From Eledone cirrhosa (lineage: Eukaryota), in contig OZ024743.1 in NCBI GenBank assembly GCA_964016885.1, forward strand, positions 26,722,001 through 26,786,000: a stretch of 64,000 nucleotides of DNA. The letters are read 5' to 3'. A model generated the notes under the pieces. That model was not told the origin of the DNA. It did no database searches and was given only the letters and a program-made list of their open reading frames with translations. Both the position numbers and the translations under genes were made by a program. Within the stretch, counting starts at the first letter, position 1; every line of letters begins with the position of its first letter. Shown one piece after another: positions 53,971 to 64,000 of the stretch.

Positions 53971-54075
53971 CATATATACATATATATATACATATATACA
54001 TATATATATACATACATACATATATATATACATACATACATATATATATACATATATACATATATATATACATAC

Positions 54076-54146
<71 letters not shown>

Positions 54147-54159
54147 CATATATATATAC

Positions 54160-54224
<65 letters not shown>

Positions 54225-54237
54225 CATATATATATAC

Positions 54238-54394
<157 letters not shown>

Positions 54395-54445
54395 CATATA
54401 TACATATATATATACATACATATATATATATATATACATATATAC

Positions 54446-54512
<67 letters not shown>

Positions 54513-54521
54513 CATATATAT

Positions 54522-55416
54522 ATAATATATAAGATCAAAAGATGGTTAAAGGAGTTCCATGTATTTTATTATGCGCATTTCAAAAACAAACATCATCATG
54601 CAATAATATTTGTGTTTTCATCAGATAAAACAGGAGGACATGATATGAAGGCTAAAAAACACTTGTGGATAGTGCAGTTTTAAATCAACATGTGAAAAGT
54701 AATTTTAGATTGATGTGTGATATTGGGAAAAATATTTTATTTAGAGAGGGGGGTGGGGGGTGGAAAGGATGAAAAAAGGGGAGGAGATGAGAGTGAAGGT
54801 GGAGAGGGAGAGATGGGTGATAGAGAGAAAGAGATAGTTTTTATAACTGAGAAAAGATATATTGTTTTACATAGAGAGGTTGAAAACCGTTGGAAGATAA
54901 TGTATAAATTAAAATAATTTGAAAATTAACGAAGGGAAAAATATGTACGAGGAAGGAGTGGGAGTTAATATGTATTGAGATTAAAAAGTTTGATGATAGA
55001 GAGAAAAAAAAAAAAAAAAATAATAATAATTGCGGATGAATATTCTAACGTCAAAAAAATGTGTGTGTTTACAAGTATTATGGCAATTTCAAAATTAACG
55101 AAGAGAAAAAATTATTAAGGTTTGTGTATTGAAGGATTTGAGAAAAATAATGTGAAGTTAAGGTTTGTATATTGAAGGAATTGATAATATGTGCGAAGAA
55201 AGAGTTAATATGTATTAAAAAATTATTAAGGTTTGTGTATTGAAGGATTTGAGAAAAATAATGTGAAGTTTTTGAAATGCACATAATAAAATACATGGAA
55301 CTCCTTTAACCATCTTTTGATCTTATATATTATGTATACTCCAGTCCTACAAACTGTAGAGTGCTTCTTATCCGATATCTGCATTGCTTTATTGTACTAC
55401 AATAAAACTCACTTCC

Positions 55417-55420
<4 letters not shown>
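54522..55420. mobile_element. Hammerhead-bearing fold-back element in (TA)n
   Basis: 66-bp inverted repeat 54522-54587 / 55268-55333 (one mismatch), internal direct repeat of about 55 bp (55106 and 55216), non-coding purine-rich body. Confidence 0.8.
54563..54631 (-). ncRNA. Type I minimal hammerhead ribozyme
   Basis: Minus strand: GTTTTAT-CTGATGA-AAACACAAATATTAT tgcatg ATGATGTTTGTTTTT-GAAA-TGCGCA-TA-ATAAAAT. Full catalytic core, palindromic helix III, AUA site. Confidence 0.82.
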
Positions 55421-55470
<50 letters not shown>

Positions 55471-55549
55471 CATACATATATATATATATACATACATATA
55501 TATATATATACATACATATATATATATACATACATATATATATACATAC

Positions 55550-55598
<49 letters not shown>

Positions 55599-55644
55599 CA
55601 TACATATATATATATACATACATATATATATATATACACATATA

Positions 55645-55685
<41 letters not shown>

Positions 55686-55759
55686 ATACACATACATATA
55701 TATATATATACACATATATATATACATACATATATATATATATACATACATATATATAT

Positions 55760-55802
<43 letters not shown>

Positions 55803-55887
55803 TATATATACATATATATATATATAAATATATATATACATATATATATATTAATATATATATACATATATATATATATACATATAA

Positions 55888-55940
<53 letters not shown>

Positions 55941-55941
55941 C

Positions 55942-55992
<51 letters not shown>

Positions 55993-56005
55993 CATATATA
56001 TATAC

Positions 56006-56084
<79 letters not shown>

Positions 56085-56218
56085 TATATACATATATATA
56101 TACATATATATATATACACATAGATATACATATATAAATATATATATACGTATATATATACATATATATATATATATACGTATATATATATATATATATA
56201 TAGATTTATATATATACA

Positions 56219-57692
56219 TATCATCATCAACGTTTAACGTTCGTGTTCCACGCTTGCATGGGTTTGGACGGGGGTAGTCCCACTTGAGGCAAGAGTGATT
56301 GTCTTGCTCGCATAGGACTGTCTGGCAGGTTTTCTACAGTTTGATGCCCTTCCTAAAACCAACCACATTTACAGTGTGGGTCTGGGAGGTTTTTACCGTG
56401 TTGCCTACACGGCCACATTACAGCGTGGACTGTGTTTTTTTGTCGTGACCCCTACACGATCTCATTTGTTTCAGCCTGGATGGTGTGGCACCAACATAAC
56501 TTTACATAGGAGGGGGTGGTGTGGATGGGGGTGTATTTTGTTAGAGATGCCTACTGGCTGTAGTAGGTTTTACTATGTATTTAGGTAAGGCGGGTCTTCT
56601 CTGTTACTGAGTACCGCCAAAGGTCTCGGTCCAGTGACATTGTCTTGGAGAGGTGTAAGTGTGTGAGGTCGGAGTTTATCAGCTTGTCCCAGGTTTTTCT
56701 AGGTCTGCCTATTCCGTGGCTACCGTCTATCTTTATTGCCCTGCACTTTGTTATACAGCTATCGAATTTCATGCGCATCACGTGACCATACCAACGTAGC
56801 CTTCTCTCGAGTAAACAACATCTGATCCCACTTATTTCTAATTTTTTCCTTAGTTCGTTTATGCTTTGCCGTTCACGTATATTACTATTACACATCCAGC
56901 GGAGCATGCAAGCTTCGTTCCTCTCTAGTCTGCGTATATCCTCTGCACACAATGCCCAGGTCTCACTGCCATGCAACATTGCTGTTCGTATGCAGGCATC
57001 ATACAACCTGCTTTTCATTTTTAGGGAGAACCCTTTAGCGGCTAATAGTGGTATAAGCTCTCTGAACTTTTTCCATCCAGTTCTGACTATAGCTACTGTA
57101 CTTTCAGAGCACCCTCCCCCACTGCTGATTTTGTCACCCAGGTAACGGAAGCTGTCCACTATTTCTATAGAGCCCTCTGCGCAGTTGTAAGAGCTAGTAT
57201 TTTGTGGGCACTTGCTGCTACTTATTGCACCAGAGCACCGCCCACATGTAAAATCTATGTTCTTAGTTAGCTTACCTGTGATCCCACTACATCTTTTATG
57301 CACCCATACTTTGCATTTGGGACATAAAATGGAGTTTCTACCTACGCCTTTCCTACACACTGAGCATGGCCATTTCCCGGAAGGGACCGCCGCCTTATTT
57401 TCTTTCCTACAAACTAGAACTTTAGTCTTAGCCAGGTTAATTTTAAGGCCTTTTGATTCTAGGCCGTGCTTCCATGTTTGGAATTTCTTCTCTAGCTCGG
57501 CCATTGATTCAGCTATGAGTGTCAGGTCGTCTGCGTATAGGAGTTCCCATGGGCAGCCGGTCTTGAACTCCTCTGTTATAGCCTGAAGGGCAATAATAAA
57601 TAGTAGAGCCCTGATGAACGCCAACTTTTACGCTAAACTCTTCACTATATTCGTTGTTAATTCTAACCTTGCTGACTGTTTCTTTATACATG
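56219..57692 (-). mobile_element. RTE LINE, 5'-truncated, young
   Basis: Open RT end (WELLYADD), PHD finger and C-terminus (ORF 56581..57624). Has a 14-bp deletion near 57605 relative to the 62.4-kb copy, then 3' UTR and (GAT)n. Confidence 0.93.
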
Positions 57693-57750
57693 TATATATA
57701 CACATATATATATATATATATATATATGTGTATATATATATATATATATA

Positions 57751-58327
57751 TGGTGGCTGCCAACTCGTTTTCGAGTACGGCCACTACTTTATATCCATGT
57801 AGGAGAACCCCTACCGATGCGCTGAACAAGTGTGACTTTTTAGCCCAGCCAGCGACTTGAAAACTCTGGTACAAACACTACACCTGTAACAATTATTGAC
57901 ACATAGTGCTGGGCACATGGTACCATATGATGACAATTGCAGAGAGATCTCCAGATATAAAGCAATGCCTGTGCCGTGATGCTTTTATAGTGAGCAAACG
58001 CACTGCACAAAGCCAGTCCCACTCTCTTAACCAAGATGATATTTACCAAAAAGAAGAACAAGTCAACATCATTGGATACCATCAGGGTTGCAGGTGTTAT
58101 ATCAGAGTTTTCCTTCTCCTAGAATTCTGCCTTGACAAAGGCTAAGGGGTCATCTCTCCCGGTGATTTTGGATGGCCATTGACTCTTAAGAGGTCCTTTG
58201 CCCTTTGACAGGTTTTGTTTTTAGTCCTGCAAGATGTCCAAAGTCACCCTCCTCACCAAGAAACCTTGGTAGGGTTGCCAGTTTAGTCGCCAATGACCCG
58301 ACCATGGGACAGGTTGTACTGGGATAC
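57751..58327 (-). mobile_element. Non-autonomous bipartite RTE-derived element (copy 2)
   Basis: Near-identical to 26361-26935. Confidence 0.7.
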
Positions 58328-58341
58328 ATATATATATATAT

Positions 58342-58386
<45 letters not shown>

Positions 58387-58540
58387 TATATATACATATA
58401 TATATACACACATATATATATATACATATATATATATACACACACACATATATATATATACACACATATATATATATATACACACATATATATATATATA
58501 CACACATATATATATATATACACACACATATATATATATA

Positions 58541-58880
58541 TCATCATCATCACCGTTTTACGTCCGTTCTTCCACGCTAGCATGGGTTAGACGGGTTGTC
58601 CTGTTGTGGGCAGTGTCTGGTCGGCTGACCATGCCTTGCTCATACAGGAACTGATCTGGCTTGATTTCTACAGCTGGATGCCCTTCCTAACACCAACCTC
58701 ATTTACAGTGAGTGCTGGGTGCTTTTTCGTGGCGCCTACACGTCCACTTTACAGTGTGGGCTGGGTGCTTTTTTGCCGTGGCACCTCCACGACCACCTTG
58801 CGGTGGGGGGGGGGGGGGGGGGGGGGGGGCATATTGTTTATATGCTTCAGCATGTACCCATGGGAGGTCGGGTACCCTGT
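58541..58880 (-). mobile_element. RTE 3' fragment (second subfamily)
   Basis: (CAT)n, reverse 3' UTR and a poly-G tract. Confidence 0.75.
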
Positions 58881-58896
58881 ATATATATATACACAA

Positions 58897-59045
58897 TGGA
58901 GGCACATGGCTTAGTGGTTAGAGCATTGGCCTTGCAATCGAAAGATTGTGAGTTCAATTCTCAGACCGGATGATGTGTTGTTTCCTTGAGCAAGACACTT
59001 TATTTCACATTGCTCCAGTTTACTCAGCTGTAGAAATGAGATGAT
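58897..59045 (+). mobile_element. CORE-type tRNA SINE
   Basis: A-box TGGCTTAGTGG, B-box GAGTTCAATTC, CORE-like CCTTGAGCAAGACACTT...CTCAGCTGTAGAAATG. Confidence 0.75.
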
Positions 59046-59168
59046 AGGGACTTGAGTCCCTATCATTCCACTGCAAAGTGGACGAGGAGGTACCACGGCA
59101 AAAAAAGCACCCAGCACTCACTGTAAATGATGATGATGATGAATATATATATACATATATATATATGC

Positions 59169-59287
<119 letters not shown>

Positions 59288-59356
59288 CATATATACATAT
59301 ATATATATATATACATATATATATGCATATATATATACATATATACATATATATAC

Positions 59357-59425
<69 letters not shown>

Positions 59426-59626
59426 CATATATATATACATACATATATATATACATACATATATATATACATACATATATAATCATATATATATATACAT
59501 ATATATATATATACATATATATATACATATATATATATACATATATATACATATATATATATATACATATATATACATATATATATATACATATATATAC
59601 ATATATATATATATACATATATATAC

Positions 59627-59662
<36 letters not shown>

Positions 59663-59990
59663 CTATATATATATACATATATATATATATACATATACAT
59701 ATATACATATATATCTCATATATTCACCTAGCTTATGCTAACAGAATAACTATGAAGCTTGTCTCCTTTGTTGTTATCTTGTCTCACTCGCTTTACGCGT
59801 TTTAATTGTCCTAATAACTTAATTTAGTTATTATTGCACCGACGTGAGGTATATGATTTTTAATGCAATGAAATATCTATGATCGTCGGCAAATCGCTGA
59901 TGAGGGACTTATTTTATTACATGTTATCCATGTGCAACCAGCAGTATTCTTCTCCCCATTTTTTCACATATATACATATATATATACATA

Positions 59991-60301
<311 letters not shown>

Positions 60302-60324
60302 CATATATATACATATATATATAT

Positions 60325-63300
60325 TCACCTCATGCTGCCGGACGAAAGGGCAAGGCCCCACCCTCTTTGTTGCGGCCACGGATGGCCAACATAACCCCAA
60401 CCCCATCCACCTCACCCCTCCCTGCACCCCACCCACCAAACGCAATCCAAAACTTCAGAGTTGGTACCACGAATGTAGGGACCTTAAAAGGCCGCTCTAA
60501 CGAGGTTGTAGAAATGCTTGAACGTAAGGAGGTTGATGTCTGCTGTATCCAAGAGACCAGGTGGAGGGGCGGGTCTGCTAGATTCATCGTGGGTAAAAAA
60601 AACGATGCTATAAGCTTTTCTGGGTGGGAAATGACAATGGGCTGGGTGGGGTAGGAATCATGTTAGCAGAAAAATGGGTGGATAAGATAATAGACGTAAA
60701 TAGAGTAAACGACAGAATAATTAAAATAAGACTTGTTCTAAATAGAACTACTGTGACGATAATATCTGCGTACGCGCCCCAATCCGGACTGCCTGGCGCT
60801 ATAAAAGACACTTTCTATGAGACACTGATGCTCACTACCTCCCAAATAACCGACAGTGACTATATTATTATTGCTGGCGACCTAAATGGTCACGTTGGAC
60901 AACATTGTGACGGCTATGATGGAATCCATGGAGGCTATGGGTTTTGTACTAGAAATGCGGAAGGCTCCAGAATCCTGGAATTCTGTGACGCAAATAACCT
61001 AACAATCTGTAACACTAACTTCAAAAAACGAGACAATCACTTGATCACCTACAGATCAGGGGAACATACCAGCCAGGTAGATTATATCCTTACCAGAAGA
61101 CGTGACAGAGTGTCTGTTGTAAACACTAAATCCCTCCCCCATGAAGAATGCACTTCTCAACATAGACTCATAATTAGCGACCTCATAGTCAGGACGAGAC
61201 GTACTCGACAACAGAAGAGGACTATCCCCAGGAGAAAAATATGGAAGCTAAAGGACCCACAGCCAGTAATAAATATAAAAGTTTATTACTAGATGCTTTC
61301 GACAGTAAGGAAGAGCAATTAGAGTCGTACAATATAGAGGAACAGTGGGAATTCCTGAAAGAAAACCTGCTGATGGCGGCAGATGAAGTCTGTGGCTGGA
61401 GCAGGCCTATAGGCAGGAGGAGAGTAACGTGGTGGTGGAACAGTAAGGTGGAGGAGTCAATTAAGGCCAAAAAGCAGGCTTGGAAAGTATGGCGGGATGG
61501 AGGAAGTAGAGAAGACTATCAAGTGGCCAGGAGGGAAGCTGGGAGACAAGTGTACTTCGCAAGAAGGGAAGCAGAAGAAAGAAAGTTCAAGCATGTTCTA
61601 CAACGCGAGGACCAAAAACGTGAGGTGTTCAGGATTGCTAGGCAATGTGTCAAGGAAAACCGTGATATTGTCGGGGAGAAGTGTGTCCTTAATGATGCTG
61701 GTGTACTTGCCATCACTGACGCTGATAAGAAGGTAGCTTGGAAGTGTCACTACGAAAGGCTACTAAATGAGGAGAATAAATGGGAGAATGTTTTTCTCCC
61801 CCACATCGATCCAATAGAGGGACCAGCAGTGTTAGTCGAAGGTAGTATAATAAGTAAGGTAATCAAAGATATGAAGACGGGTAAGGTGGTTGGGCTTTTG
61901 GAAATAGTTGCTGAAATGCTGAAAGCTTCTGGAACGGTGGGACACACCATGGTCACCCGGATAGTAAACCAAGTCATACAGATGGGGTTGTTCCGAAGGA
62001 CTGGCGTAGCAGCATCATCATTAACTGCTACAAGGGTAAAGGAGATGCCCTAGATAGGGGTAACTATAGAGGCATTAAATTAATCGACCAGGTCATGAAG
62101 GTCACAGAAAAAGTAATAGCGCAACTAATCAGAGAGCGAATTGATCTAGATGAAATGCAGTTCGGGTTTGTGTCAGGTAAAAGTACCACAGACGCTCTTT
62201 TCATTGTACGACAACTACAGGAGAAGTACCTAGCTAAAAGTAAATCCCTATACTTAGCTTTTGTCGACTTGGAGAAAGCCTTCGACAGAGTCCCCCGTTC
62301 CATTATCTGGTGGGCTCTTAGAAAACTAGGTGTTGATGAATGGTTTGTGAGAGCTATACAAGCCATGTATAAAGAAACAGTCAGCAAGGTTAGAATTAAC
62401 AACAAATATAGTGAAGAGTTTAGCGTAAAAGTTGGTGTTCATCAGGGCTCCCTTCTTAGCCCCCTACTATTTATTATTGCCCTTCAGGCTATAACAGAGG
62501 AGTTCAACACCGGCTGCCCATGGGAACTCCTATAGGCAGATGATCTAACGCTCATAGCTGAATCAATGGCTGAACTAGAGAAGAAATTCCAAACATGGAA
62601 GCATGGCCTAGAATCAAAAGCCTTAAAATTAACCTGTCTAAGACTAGAGTTCTAGTTTGTAGGAAGGAAAATAGGGCACCGGTCCATCCGAGAAATTGCC
62701 CTGCTCAGTGTGTAGGAAAGGAGTAGGCAGAAACATTTTATGTCCCAAATGCAAAGTATGGGTGCATAAAAGATGTAGTGGGATCACAGGTAAGCTAGCT
62801 AAGAATATAGATTTTATATGTGGCCGGTGCTCTGGTGCAATAAGTAGCAGCAAGTGCCCACAGAATACTAGCTCATTCCATTGCACAGATGGTTCTATAG
62901 AAATAGTGGACAGCTTCCGTTACTTGGGTGACAAAAGCAGCAGTGGTGGAGGGTGCTCTGAAAGTACAGTAGCTAGAGTCAGAACTGGATGGAAAAAGTT
63001 CAGAGAGCTTATACCACTATTAGCCGCGAAAGAGTTCTCTCTAAAAATGAAAGGCAGGCTGTATGATGCCTGCATATGAACAGCAATGTTACATGGCAGT
63101 GAGACCTGGGCATTGTGTGCAGATGATATACGCAGACAGGAGAGGAATGAAGCTTGCATGCTCCGCTGGATGTGTAATAGTAATATACGTGAACGGCAAA
63201 GCATAAATGAACTAAGGGAGAAATTAGGAATAAGAGGAATCAGATGTTGTTTACTCGAGAGAAGACTACGTTGGTATGGTCACGTGATGCGCATGAAAGA

Positions 63301-63871
63301 CGACAGCTGTATAAAAAAGTGCAGGGCAATAAAAATAGACGGTAGCCACGGAGTAGGCAGACCCAGAAAAATCTGGGACGACTTGATAAATTCCGACCTC
63401 ACACACTTACACCTCTCCAAGACAATGTCACTGGACCGAGATCTTTGGCGCGACACAGTAATACAGAAGACCCGCCTTACCTAAGTATAAAGTGAAACCT
63501 ACTAGTCAGTAGACACCTCTAACAAAAATACACCCCCGTCCCACTACCCCCACCACATCCATACCACCCCTTTCAATGTAAAGTTATGTTGGTACCACAA
63601 CATCCAGTCCCGAAACAAATGAGGTCGTGTAGGTGTCATGACAAAAAAACACACAGTCCACGCTGTAATGTGGCCGTGTAGGTAACACGGTAAAAACCTC
63701 CCAGTCCACACTGTAAACGTGGTTGGTGTTAGGAAGGGCATCCAGCCGTAGAAAACCCGCCAGACAGTCCTATGCGAGCAAGACACTTACACTTGCCTCA
63801 AGTGGGAAAACTCCCATCCAAACCCATGCAAGCGTGGAAGATGGATGTTAAACGATGATGATGATGATGAT
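60325..63871 (+). mobile_element. Near-full-length RTE-clade LINE (APE endonuclease, RT, PHD finger), disrupted
   Basis: [37 protein letters not shown] (APE); QFGF, FVDLEKAFD, GVHQGS (RT). The Tyr of YADD is TAG (62533-62535), there is a TGA at 63077-63079 and several frameshifts. Ends in a (GAT)n tail. Confidence 0.95.
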
Positions 63872-63916
63872 ACATATATATATATATACATATATACATA
63901 TATAAATATACATATA

Positions 63917-64000
63917 TGGTGCAATAAGTAGCAGCAAGTGCCCACAGAATACAAAATCATTCCATTGCACAGATGGTTCTATAGAAATAGTGGACAGCTT
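63917..64000 (+). mobile_element. Start of another RTE fragment, cut by the window edge
   Basis: Repeats about 62833-62917. Confidence 0.8.

Noticed and set aside
54522-55333. DNA-transposon MITE interpretation of the 66-bp inverted repeat
   Set aside because: The repeat is asymmetric (one side continues into a tail) and overlaps a hammerhead motif, which fits a retroelement fold-back better.
58897-58975. tRNA gene
   Set aside because: The A/B boxes run directly into a CORE-like SINE body and no intact cloverleaf is evident.

Overview
AT-rich, microsatellite-dense animal genomic DNA, most likely an octopus or another coleoid cephalopod (inferred from its SINE and RTE families). The window lies inside one large minus-strand gene, a MADD/DENN (Rab3/Rab27 GEF, aex-3) ortholog. 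I read seven consecutive, phase-compatible internal exons by hand (51252 down to 39176), several missed by the ORF track, plus a few weaker candidate cassette or microexons. Both ends of the gene lie outside the window. The introns hold a near-full-length disrupted RTE LINE (APE-RT-PHD finger) and many fragments of it, a 5'-truncated Penelope-like element (RT + GIY-YIG), tRNA-derived Meta- and CORE-type SINEs, a bipartite RTE-derived non-autonomous family, piggyBac-type MITEs and long (TA)n/(TACA)n arrays. The most notable observation is a set of short non-coding elements embedded in (TA)n, from several unrelated sequence families. They carry type I hammerhead ribozyme motifs and fold-back inverted duplications. 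Two hammerheads look structurally intact: one sits in a perfect 153-bp palindrome and so is present on both strands, and one is sense to the host pre-mRNA. The Tyr/Ile/His-repeat ORFs in the track are microsatellite artefacts.
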